The notes beneath the pieces are model-generated. The model was not told where the DNA came from. It saw only the letters and a list, made by a program, of their open reading frames with translations, and ran no database searches. A program made the position numbers and the translations under genes. A stretch of DNA of 64,000 nt from an uncultured Mycoplasmatota bacterium (lineage in GTDB: Bacteria > Bacillota_I > Bacilli_A > RF39 > UBA660): NCBI GenBank assembly GCA_947649365.1, contig CANSRH010000009.1:1417-65416 (forward strand), in the 5' to 3' direction. Below, piece by piece: positions 11,923 to 20,712 of this stretch; the first letter of the stretch is position 1; the number at the start of each line of letters is the position of its first letter.

Positions 11923-13083
11923 TTAATATGCCATTAACGGAACATTTTTTGGGTCCATTCCATTATCTCTTAAACTAGCAATCGCAATATCTAAAGAATC
12001 TTTTGTATATTTTTCTAAAACATTAGGATTTAGATAAATATCAATTGGTTCTTTTCCAACTTGTAATAAAGTATCCACTTTTGCTTTCAATTCATGATCC
12101 AACATTAAACTAGCATGATTCACAAAAATTTCTGTTCCAATATCACTATTTTTAACAAACTGAATATTTTCTTCTATTAATGCTTCATCATAATTATTAA
12201 TCAAAACGTCTAATTCTTGTCCAGTAAAATCTAAATAATTGATGCCATTACGTTCAAATAAATTCATAAGTTGCTCTTTCGGCGTTTCTATAACAACCTC
12301 TGGCTCTACATCATATTCAAACTCCACTCTTTCAGGATCCTCACTTACAATCTTCACAGAATCTTCTACAATAGAATCAGCATTTTTTGCTTCATTGAAA
12401 ACATCACTGAAAGACTTGCCACTTTTTTCTTTTTCTTGTAATTTCTCATCATAGGTAAACAAAGCATCTTCTGGAAACATTAAAATTTTAGCAGCTTCTC
12501 TTTGTTCTTCTGGAGTAAAATTAAACTGTTCTAATAAAGAAGCAATAGAATCTCTAGTAATACTAATTCTTCCTGACAATGCCAAATCAAAATACTCATT
12601 CAATTTTTCTTGATTGGCCATAGCAGCATCACGACGAATACTTAACTCCTCAATTTTTGAAATTGCCGTATTCATTTCCTCTTCAACCTTTGCAAGTTGC
12701 TTTTCAGCCTTTTTCGTATCCATTACAACAGAGTCAATAGTACGTGGCAAAGATTTATTCAATTTTTCTACTAAATTCTGAGGGTCAAAATCAAGATTCA
12801 AACGAGTTAAAACAGTCAAATAATCATTTCTATTAATTCCAGATAATAAATCTGCAAGTCTTTCTCCTTGTTCTGTAAGCTCATCATGCAATTTTTCTAA
12901 ATTCGCAATTTTACCCTGTAATTCTTTTTTTTCTACTGTTGTTCTCGTTTTTGTTTCAACTGCTTTGTTTTTTTGACGATCCATCTCAACTAATAAGACG
13001 CTATCTTCCCCTCTTAAATTATACAATTTGTCTAGCAAAGCACTAACTTCTGGCGATAATGCCTTCATACTAATCACTCCCAT
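11923..13083 (-). CDS. hypothetical coiled-coil protein
   Basis: Long heptad-like E/K/L-rich N-terminal half and an acidic linker. No motif recognised. Confidence 0.5.
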   Translation of the reverse strand: MGVISMKALSPEVSALLDKLYNLRGEDSVLLVEMDRQKNKAVETKTRTTVEKKELQGKIANLEKLHDELTEQGERLADLLSGINRNDYLTVLTRLNLDFDPQNLVEKLNKSLPRTIDSVVMDTKKAEKQLAKVEEEMNTAISKIEELSIRRDAAMANQEKLNEYFDLALSGRISITRDSIASLLEQFNFTPEEQREAAKILMFPEDALFTYDEKLQEKEKSGKSFSDVFNEAKNADSIVEDSVKIVSEDPERVEFEYDVEPEVVIETPKEQLMNLFERNGINYLDFTGQELDVLINNYDEALIEENIQFVKNSDIGTEIFVNHASLMLDHELKAKVDTLLQVGKEPIDIYLNPNVLEKYTKDSLDIAIASLRDNGMDPKNVPLMAY

Positions 13084-13133
13084 ATTCTACTCACGATTAT
13101 AACAAAAGAATTTTGAATTGTAAATAAGTAATT

Positions 13134-13328
13134 TTATATTTCATTTTCCCCTATTTTTACTATATTTATCTTATAATTACACACATCCAATATTTTTAAA
13201 AACATTTTTAAAGATATTTCATTGACTCCTCTTTCATACCTTTGGTATTGTTGTTGTTTAATTCCAAGCAAACTTGCAAGTTTTTCCTGCGTTAATCTCT
13301 TACTTTTTCTTATTTCTTTTAAGTTCAT
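13134..13328 (-). CDS. XRE-family HTH transcriptional regulator
   Basis: LTQEKLASLLGIKQQQYQRYERG is a classic Cro/C1 HTH. Confidence 0.75.
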   Translation of the reverse strand: MNLKEIRKSKRLTQEKLASLLGIKQQQYQRYERGVNEISLKMFLKILDVCNYKINIVKIGENEI

Positions 13329-13365
13329 AAAAATCCCTAAAACAAATCAATCAAATATAATCCAT

Positions 13366-14319
13366 TTAAATGCCAAGAGAAAACATTTTAAAAACTCCCT
13401 TGGCTGTTACACCAGTTGTCCTAAACCAAACTTTACCATGACCACTCGGAACTTGATACAAAAAAACATCTACATAAAAATTATTAACACTTACATGACC
13501 CGTAGTGAATGTTGTAGTAGAAGAATTACACAAATCGCCATACAACATATGCACATCCAAAAAAGAATAAAGGCAAGCGCGTGCATCTCCATTTCCTAAA
13601 GAAGCAATAGCAATAAGCACATACTCTCCTTCTTTACCAGTGCCTATAGACATAAATTCGTCAGTAACATAATTATCACTTCTTTCAATAATAGACAAAG
13701 TGGGAGTACCACCTATTACAGAAGTCTGAATTTTAGAATTTGTGCCATAATAACCTTCTAAAGGTATATCAATTAAAAGTTGATTCCCAGAAACCACTTG
13801 GTGAGTCGCAACTACCGTTTTGCCAGAATGGTTTTCTATTGTTCCTGTAATTTTATTCCCATTAACATAGGCTGTTTTGTCTTTTATCATATCCGATGCT
13901 AATGCATTTGCATCACTTGTATAAACTCCTTCAATCCCAAAAATTGTCTTTCCTGCTGCTATATTGGCAGACGTTAAATTGGCATCGCCACGAATTGTTT
14001 GCACTCCACTTAAATATTGTCCTTCTAAAATAGTTTGATTACTTGTTCCTGGTGTATAAGTAGTGGCTTGTTTACTTGGTATTGTTCCCGTTACCAATAA
14101 TCCTCTCGAATATCCTGTCGTTCCTTCAAGCATTTGATTCGGTTGCACGGAACCACCTGTTTTATATTTTTTTAGCTCTCCATAAAGAATATCTAAAGAA
14201 TCTGTCAAACTTTCAGTAGTACCATTATTATTATAAGTCACATCGTCGCTTGTAATTGCGTACACTTGATTTACCATGCAAAAAACAAGTAACAATAAAA
14301 TTAAAAACTTTCTTTTCAT
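13366..14319 (-). CDS. secreted repeat protein (tail-fibre-like G-x-TGTI repeats)
   Basis: Signal peptide (LLLLVFCMVNQVYA) and repeated segments ending in ...TGTI / ...GIEG. Confidence 0.55.
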   Translation of the reverse strand: MKRKFLILLLLVFCMVNQVYAITSDDVTYNNNGTTESLTDSLDILYGELKKYKTGGSVQPNQMLEGTTGYSRGLLVTGTIPSKQATTYTPGTSNQTILEGQYLSGVQTIRGDANLTSANIAAGKTIFGIEGVYTSDANALASDMIKDKTAYVNGNKITGTIENHSGKTVVATHQVVSGNQLLIDIPLEGYYGTNSKIQTSVIGGTPTLSIIERSDNYVTDEFMSIGTGKEGEYVLIAIASLGNGDARACLYSFLDVHMLYGDLCNSSTTTFTTGHVSVNNFYVDVFLYQVPSGHGKVWFRTTGVTAKGVFKMFSLGI

Positions 14320-14329
14320 TTTTTCTCCC

Positions 14330-14716
14330 TTAACCTTCTATATTGTATTCAAATAGTTGTACATTAGATAAATCGCCTCCATACGAACAATTTACTTCTA
14401 TTTTTTCTCCACTTTTTATTTCTTGATTAATAACTCCTAATAAAGAAACAATGCTGTTTCCTAAATCATCTTTGGCTTTAGCAAGAATTTCTTTTAAATA
14501 TTTTGATTCGTTAGATAGATTAGTAACAGAAAAAGTAAATGTACTCGTTCCATTTTCTACTTTTTTATCCTTTAATTCAATTTGAAAATCATTTAAAGTC
14601 ACCATGCTCTTTATAGGTTCTTTGTTTTCTTCATAATTTATTTGCTCTTCTTTTCCACATCCACACAAACACAAAAAAACAAGCAGAAAAAGAATTATTT
14701 TTTTATTCTTTGTCAT
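14330..14716 (-). CDS. lipoprotein
   Basis: Signal peptide with a lipobox-like LCLCGC. Confidence 0.6.
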   Translation of the reverse strand: MTKNKKIILFLLVFLCLCGCGKEEQINYEENKEPIKSMVTLNDFQIELKDKKVENGTSTFTFSVTNLSNESKYLKEILAKAKDDLGNSIVSLLGVINQEIKSGEKIEVNCSYGGDLSNVQLFEYNIEG

Positions 14717-14719
14717 TTT

Positions 14720-16411
14720 TTATTCTCCTATCCATTTTGCTTTAATGAAATCAATAACCTCTTGTACACTTTTTATACCAGCATTATCAGCAAGTGTATA
14801 TTCCACTGAACTAGCCTTATAAAATATATTTACTTCTTCATAAGCACTCCAACTACTTCTATTTCCTTGACTGGATACAGTCCGGTAATAAATATACCAT
14901 GTACCTTCTTCTGTTATTGTTACTGTCTCATCAGTGCCACCAATTGTGACATCACTTGCCGGAGTATCCTTACTATTCGACACATAATATTCATACCCTT
15001 TAATACCTGTATCGGCTGTTCCAGAAGTTTCGATTGTTACTATTCTACTTGCTGCAAACTCTTTACCTCCGCCTTTTAAACTAGGAGCAGTAACAACTTC
15101 CTTAGAACTAATACTACCTGTCTTTTTAGTTGTATTTCCTACTTTATCTTTTGCTTCAATCGCATAATAATACGTTTGATCAACTAAAAAATTTATTAAT
15201 TCACATGTATCATTTGAAATGATTCCATCTAAATTCAAATCATTTTCATTTAGTCCATATTTACATGTGACATTTTCTAAACCAGACTCCAAATCATTTG
15301 CAGTAAAAGAAATTGTTGCACCTTGATAATTCGAGTTTATAGTTAGTACATCTATCGTAGGAGATGTTTTATCTTGGGAAGCTAAAGTATACTTTTCTTT
15401 TTCACTACATTCCATTCCTATACACGTTTTTCCTACAATTCCTACTTCATTGGTTTCAGTTTCTTTAGATTTAATTTGAATATTATTTTTAATCTTATAC
15501 CAAGTATTTGCTTCTATTTCACTTTTCTCTGGAAAAAGAATACAATTCTCTGGATTTTCACCATTTCCACAGATTTCCAAAATAGTTCCAGTTATATCAA
15601 CTTCACTCATCACTTTAAAATAACAACTCATCTTTTCTTCACAAAAAATCATACCCGTAGAAGAATAAGCATATCCATTTGTACTTTCCAAATCAGTTAT
15701 TTTCTCTCCATTCGCATACTTATGATTTATAGTGATATTGCCACCTACTGCAATAACATCATTCATTGTTCCCTCTATAACCACTTTACTTAAAAAAATC
15801 GTATTTTGACTTCCATTATCTGCAGTTTCATCCATCCATAATCTTAGCTCATGTTCTTTACTTTCATAAGGTTCTAAATAACTACTCGCCAAAGTATAAC
15901 TTTCTACTCCTTCATATTTATCATCTTTATAATGAGGGTTTGCTTTTTTATAACTAGACAATATTTCTTTTTCTTGCTTATCAAGATAAACCGCTATATA
16001 TTTACTATCCATTCGTTTCTCACTATTTAATACTTCTAAATTAATATTATAATCAATCAAAATTTCACAATTATTTTTTACCACAAAGATATAAGGCTTA
16101 GTAGTCTTACCTGACTCAGTACCCAATGGATAACTATTTGCAAGAGTAATAGCTTCACTTTCATTTTCTAAATGAATACTTAAACATTCTGTCTTTGCAA
16201 CATTCAACTTTTTTTGGCTACTTTCATATTTTAGATATGCAAAACTTACTCCTAAAACGAAAACAATAGTAAAAATAACTCCTATTATTAAAAAGATTCT
16301 ATTATTCTTGCTTCCCATAAATCGCCTCATCATTCTTCCCATCCATACAAAATATCTATTGTATATAGTCGAATTATACAAAAGATGTTTTGTACTGTCA
16401 ATACAAAACAA
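14720..16411 (-). CDS. N-terminally anchored large surface protein
   Basis: TM anchor IFLIIGVIFTIVFVLGVSFAYLKY followed by beta-rich, Ig/Fn3-like sequence. The start is probably one of the internal Met codons near 16340. Confidence 0.55.
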   Translation of the reverse strand: MFCIDSTKHLLYNSTIYNRYFVWMGRMMRRFMGSKNNRIFLIIGVIFTIVFVLGVSFAYLKYESSQKKLNVAKTECLSIHLENESEAITLANSYPLGTESGKTTKPYIFVVKNNCEILIDYNINLEVLNSEKRMDSKYIAVYLDKQEKEILSSYKKANPHYKDDKYEGVESYTLASSYLEPYESKEHELRLWMDETADNGSQNTIFLSKVVIEGTMNDVIAVGGNITINHKYANGEKITDLESTNGYAYSSTGMIFCEEKMSCYFKVMSEVDITGTILEICGNGENPENCILFPEKSEIEANTWYKIKNNIQIKSKETETNEVGIVGKTCIGMECSEKEKYTLASQDKTSPTIDVLTINSNYQGATISFTANDLESGLENVTCKYGLNENDLNLDGIISNDTCELINFLVDQTYYYAIEAKDKVGNTTKKTGSISSKEVVTAPSLKGGGKEFAASRIVTIETSGTADTGIKGYEYYVSNSKDTPASDVTIGGTDETVTITEEGTWYIYYRTVSSQGNRSSWSAYEEVNIFYKASSVEYTLADNAGIKSVQEVIDFIKAKWIGE

Positions 16412-16449
16412 GTTTTGTATGAAATATAATTGCTAGAGGTGTTTGCTAT

Positions 16450-16686
16450 ATGAATATACAAAGACTAAAAGAAATTCGTGAAGATAGAGACTTATTACAA
16501 AAAGAAGTTGCTGATTTTTTGGAAATCAAGCAACAGCAATATAGTGAATATGAAATCGGAAAACGCTTAATTCCTATAAACTATTTAAGCAAATTAGCAG
16601 ACTTCTATAACACATCCATTGATTATTTAATTTGTAAAACAGACGAAAGAAAACCTTACCCAAAAAGTATACTTTCTAAAAAATAA
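16450..16686 (+). CDS. XRE-family HTH transcriptional regulator
   Basis: LLQKEVADFLEIKQQQYSEYEIGKR. Divergent from the surface-protein operon. Confidence 0.8.
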   Translation: MNIQRLKEIREDRDLLQKEVADFLEIKQQQYSEYEIGKRLIPINYLSKLADFYNTSIDYLICKTDERKPYPKSILSKK

Positions 16687-16734
16687 ATTGGCGAAAATAA
16701 GAAAACATGTTATCATAATAAAAGAATAAGGTGA

Positions 16735-17307
16735 TTGACTTTGAAACGAATTATGATAGATATGGATGATACAATAACTATAGATGGATATATAAATATA
16801 GTAAATAAATTTTTAAAAACAAACTATACCTATGAAGACATTCCTGCGTATTGGGTCGATGAAATTGTCCCAGAAAAAAAACTTCCAAAATATTTAGACT
16901 ACTTTTACAACAAAGTAAATATATACGATTATGTAAAAATAAATGAAGGAGCTATAGAAGTTATTAATGAACTAACAAAATATTATGAGATAGTCATCTG
17001 CAGCGCTTACACTGATTATCGATATATAGAAGACTGTGTAAATATTATCACTTATAAACACAAATGGTTATTAAAAAATCTACCCTCTGTTAATCCAGAT
17101 AATTTTATATTTACGAGTAATAAGTCATGCATCAAAGCAGAAATAAAAATTGATGATAAAATAAGCAATTTAGAAGGAGATGCTGAAGTAAAACTTTTAA
17201 TGACCGCTTACCATAATAAAAAGATAACTAATGAAGAACTAAAAGAAAAAAACATCATCCGTGTCAATACATGGAATGATGTCGCTGAAATATTATTAAA
17301 CCATTAA
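16735..17307 (+). CDS. HAD-superfamily 5'(3')-deoxyribonucleotidase-like protein
   Basis: DMDDT (DxDxT) motif at the N-terminus. Size and pattern are typical of the NT5C family. Confidence 0.6.
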   Translation: MTLKRIMIDMDDTITIDGYINIVNKFLKTNYTYEDIPAYWVDEIVPEKKLPKYLDYFYNKVNIYDYVKINEGAIEVINELTKYYEIVICSAYTDYRYIEDCVNIITYKHKWLLKNLPSVNPDNFIFTSNKSCIKAEIKIDDKISNLEGDAEVKLLMTAYHNKKITNEELKEKNIIRVNTWNDVAEILLNH

Positions 17308-17858
17308 TAAATATCTATAAGTTCAAAAATAAAAATCAATTGGAATTCCTTCTTTTTTTTATCACAAGTAATTAAAGTCAAATGACTTTTATTTTTTTCT
17401 CGATGAATGGTTATGGTTCCATCTTTTTCTTCTTGATAAACAGAAACAAGTTGATAAGTATATTGCACATGATTTATTGTAACCAAAACAATATCTTTAA
17501 GTGATAATCGGTCTAAATTACGAAAGTAAGAAACTTCACTATACCCACTATGAGCTGCCAAAATAAGATTACTATATTTAACAGTAGGCAAGGTGGAACC
17601 AGGTACAAAATACACATGCTGATTTACATCATTTAAATTCGAATTTTCTTCATAAAAATATTGTTTTAAAGACAACTTTGGAATCTCTATTACTCCTAAG
17701 AAATTCTCCTTATCTTTGTTCTTATAATCTGCATAAGAAAAAATAACATTTTGAACATCAAAAACTTGATTGAATCCACTAAAAGAATGTTTCAATAGAA
17801 AATAGACTCCTAAAAAAAAGAAAATCAAGATTAAGCACTTATATTTTTTTCTTCGCAT
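17304..17858 (-). CDS. sortase family transpeptidase
   Basis: N-terminal TM, LILAAHSG (His) and TLITC (Cys) motifs. Overlaps the adhesin 3' end. Confidence 0.85.
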   Translation of the reverse strand: MRRKKYKCLILIFFFLGVYFLLKHSFSGFNQVFDVQNVIFSYADYKNKDKENFLGVIEIPKLSLKQYFYEENSNLNDVNQHVYFVPGSTLPTVKYSNLILAAHSGYSEVSYFRNLDRLSLKDIVLVTINHVQYTYQLVSVYQEEKDGTITIHREKNKSHLTLITCDKKKKEFQLIFIFELIDIY

Positions 17859-18564
17859 ATAAAATACTTATTGTTCCTAAAGAAAAACATAAAATAGATA
17901 AAAATAAGTAAACAGGAAAAGAAATTTTATTTGTACTTGGTACAACAACCTCTTGTTCATTTTCAAGTTCCAGTGAAACAACTTGTCCTGCCTCATTAAT
18001 TTCAAAATAGTTTTTCCCTACACTTAATGCATAGCCCTTTGGAGCTTGTTTTTCTTTTAAATAATATTTCCCATAATCCAAGTTATTAACAATCAATTTT
18101 CCAAATTCATCTGTTTTTCCTTGAAAGACTAAAACATCTTCTTCACTATAAATTTCAATAAAAGCATCTTTTAAACCCTTTCTAGTTGCTGCATCTAGCT
18201 TTAAAAATTCTAATTTCCCTTGGTAAGGAAAATTAACTAATTGAATCTCCTTTTTCTCTCGATTTTTCTTTTCATTCACAGAAAATACTACATCTTCTTG
18301 CAAATAATAGCCAGTCTTCCCTGACACTTGTTTTAAGATATATTCTCCATAAGGAAGCAAAACTTCTGCATAACCTTCCTCATTTGTAGTTAAAGTAGCC
18401 ATTGTTTTATTATCTTTTTTTCGATAAATAACAAACTCTGCTTTATCCTCAGCTCGTAAGCCTAAAAATGAAGAAAAAAAACGTTTAGAAAGAACAACAT
18501 TTGTTTCAAAAATTTTATTTTCCACTATCAATGATATAACTTCAGAAGCATTCTCCTTTGTCAC
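17839..18564 (-). CDS. surface adhesin, C-terminal part (SpaA/Cna-B-like domains plus cell-wall sorting signal)
   Basis: Repeated G.Y.L.E..AP.GY pattern. The C-terminal VPSTN motif is followed by a hydrophobic stretch and a KKKI tail. It is in frame with 18577..19926 across a single TGA. Confidence 0.7.
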   Translation of the reverse strand: MTKENASEVISLIVENKIFETNVVLSKRFFSSFLGLRAEDKAEFVIYRKKDNKTMATLTTNEEGYAEVLLPYGEYILKQVSGKTGYYLQEDVVFSVNEKKNREKKEIQLVNFPYQGKLEFLKLDAATRKGLKDAFIEIYSEEDVLVFQGKTDEFGKLIVNNLDYGKYYLKEKQAPKGYALSVGKNYFEINEAGQVVSLELENEQEVVVPSTNKISFPVYLFLSILCFSLGTISILYAKKKI

Positions 18565-18576
18565 AGAAAAATAATA

Positions 18577-19926
18577 TCACTTGGTATCTAAATTATAACC
18601 TTTGGGGGCTTGCAATTCTTGAATATAATAATCACCTAATAACAAATTACGCTCCGACAAAGCACTACAATCTTTAAGAATAGTTAATTTTTCTATCAAA
18701 GTCCCATTACTCTTATAAAGACCATAAATGGCACCATTTAAAGTAGCATAAGGAGTTATAGACTGACATGTTTTTGTCTTGCTATCTCTTTTCTCAATTT
18801 TTAATTGCCCTAAGTACATCCTATCATACACCACTAATTCTTGATTGGGACGATCTAAACTCAAATCAAAGAAATACTTCGTTTCATCAATTTCATAATT
18901 TTCTCCCGCTTTTTGTTCTTGAACATAATATCTTCCCAGTTCCAAACCTGAAATCGAAGCATTACAATTCTCATCAATAACAAGTTCTTTTACAAAGGTT
19001 CCATTTTCAGTAAATACGTGATAAATACTTCCTTTTAAAGTTCCTCCCTTCTTTGGTTCACAAGATTTTGAATCCATATCATATTTATGCAAATGCAAAC
19101 TTCCAGAAACAACCTCAAAAGAAATTTTTTGTTCCATCGGCGTTACATCTCCTGGAACAATAACATTTTGACCACTACTAGAATAATACACAATAAAATC
19201 TCTTTCCCAAAAAAGATTCTGCTTTTTTAGAAATAAAGAACCATTTTGATTATCAATAGGGCGAATTTGTATTGTATCTTCATTGATAGAATAATGACAT
19301 TGCTCACAAGAAACAATAAATTCACGCAATTGATGATTGGTATCTTCCAAAGAAACAGAACCATTCCAAGGAATTTTGACAATAGAATGACCAAAAGAAA
19401 CTCCTTTTTTATATTCCATAATATTTTTTTCTATTTCTTTCATATGCTCAACAATCTCTTTTGGCGTACTGATAACATATTTCCAAGGGTCACTTGGATA
19501 ATACTTACTAGTAAATTGAAATTCTGTGCCAAGTTCTTTCCATATAGCAGATTGTGTTGCTACAATCCAATCATTACCTGAATGTCCTTTATACCCCCAA
19601 CCAAAATGAGCAATCAACGAAATTTTTTCTAACTGTTCTTTCGTCAGGTGAACAGCATTCGCCTTTTCTTCTAGAGACAAATGATAAAATCCCTCATAAT
19701 CATTTTTAGATAAAGAGATGCCAGGTTCAATGCAATATGCTATTTCTCCATCATTAATCCTTCGAAAATATTGAAAATTTCCAAAATGTTTAATGGATTC
19801 TACAAAACCATATTCTGCTATAAAACTACTTTTAAACGTATCTTTTCTTGTTTCTGCATAAACATCTAAACAAAAGAATGTACAGACAAGAAAAAGTACT
19901 AAAAAGAAAACTTTTTTTAAATTCAT
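18577..19926 (-). CDS. surface adhesin, N-terminal part (signal peptide, thioester domain, SpaA-like domains)
   Basis: Signal peptide, AYCIEPG (thioester Cys) and VATQSAIW (TQxA Gln), then prealbumin-like repeats. Ends at a TGA in frame with the next ORF. Confidence 0.75.
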   Translation of the reverse strand: MNLKKVFFLVLFLVCTFFCLDVYAETRKDTFKSSFIAEYGFVESIKHFGNFQYFRRINDGEIAYCIEPGISLSKNDYEGFYHLSLEEKANAVHLTKEQLEKISLIAHFGWGYKGHSGNDWIVATQSAIWKELGTEFQFTSKYYPSDPWKYVISTPKEIVEHMKEIEKNIMEYKKGVSFGHSIVKIPWNGSVSLEDTNHQLREFIVSCEQCHYSINEDTIQIRPIDNQNGSLFLKKQNLFWERDFIVYYSSSGQNVIVPGDVTPMEQKISFEVVSGSLHLHKYDMDSKSCEPKKGGTLKGSIYHVFTENGTFVKELVIDENCNASISGLELGRYYVQEQKAGENYEIDETKYFFDLSLDRPNQELVVYDRMYLGQLKIEKRDSKTKTCQSITPYATLNGAIYGLYKSNGTLIEKLTILKDCSALSERNLLLGDYYIQELQAPKGYNLDTK

Positions 19927-20008
19927 AAATTCCTCCTTCTCTCTATATGTACAAGAGGAATTAGGAATTTCCTTTATTTTTTTATAAATTCAAGAAAAAA
20001 AGTATATT

Positions 20009-20671
20009 TTATTTTCCTTTTAAAATTGGAAATTTATTATACATATACTCATTATTATAATGCTTGTCATAAAACTCTCCTATAAAGGTTTTGGGCGCAA
20101 TCCCACGATTTCGATACACCATTCGAACAAACACAGTATAAGAAAGCGACATATCTACAATAAAAAATAAAAGAAGAAGAACATACAAAACATTGCCAAT
20201 CCTTTTTGGAATTTTTTCTATCCATTTAGACAAAAAAGGATAAAGCACTTTTAAAACGAAAGTTCCCATAGCTCCCCACACAAGCAAAAAAGGAACAGTT
20301 GTTCTACCAGAAATATTTAAAAACATTCCCGAATAATCCCAAAACTTCATTCCCAAAAACAACTCTAAAAAAAAACTGGCCAAATACTCAAAGAGTCCAC
20401 CAAGAAAAGAAGCATACAAAAAAGTTTTTACCACACCTCTTTTTTTATTTCTCCACCCTAAAAAAAGCAAAAACAAAAGCAAACCAAAGCCATAAAGTGT
20501 ACTAAAAGGCCCATAAAGCAAATCATGTCGAACCGTCCATTCCTTATACTGAACAAAAAAAACAATTTCTTCGTAAAAACTACCAACCAAACTTCCTAAC
20601 ACAAACAAAAGAAAAAACTTTTTAAAACACAAACCCTCTGCAAAATCTTTCGCATCATTTTTTTGATTCAT
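20009..20671 (-). CDS. polytopic membrane protein (PF06541-like, 'putative ABC transporter type IV')
   Basis: HDLLYGPFSTLYGFG motif and 5-6 TM helices. Confidence 0.55.
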   Translation of the reverse strand: MNQKNDAKDFAEGLCFKKFFLLFVLGSLVGSFYEEIVFFVQYKEWTVRHDLLYGPFSTLYGFGLLLFLLFLGWRNKKRGVVKTFLYASFLGGLFEYLASFFLELFLGMKFWDYSGMFLNISGRTTVPFLLVWGAMGTFVLKVLYPFLSKWIEKIPKRIGNVLYVLLLLFFIVDMSLSYTVFVRMVYRNRGIAPKTFIGEFYDKHYNNEYMYNKFPILKGK

Positions 20672-20712
20672 AGCTATTCCCTCAAAAAATAGTATAACCC
20701 CAAAAAAAAGAG

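Noticed and set aside
13366-16411. This region might be a prophage remnant, because the 317-aa protein has tail-fibre-like repeats.
   Set aside because: There are no capsid, portal, terminase, tape-measure, integrase or lysis genes nearby. The neighbours are a lipoprotein and an anchored surface protein with ordinary secretion signals.
18577-18579. The in-frame TGA in the adhesin might mean the organism uses genetic code 4 (TGA = Trp), as Mollicutes do.
   Set aside because: Standard-code translation gives full-length LigA, PcrA, S9, L13, TruA and others. Trp in conserved proteins is encoded by TGG. Several well-defined genes clearly terminate at TGA (26140..26142, 31230..32, and the APH gene at 41631..33). 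The recoding, if any, is therefore local and not genome-wide.
18577-18579. The TGA might encode selenocysteine.
   Set aside because: The position lies in a structural beta-sandwich motif of a surface adhesin, where an aromatic residue is expected. No SECIS-like hairpin is obvious immediately downstream, and no sel genes lie in the window.
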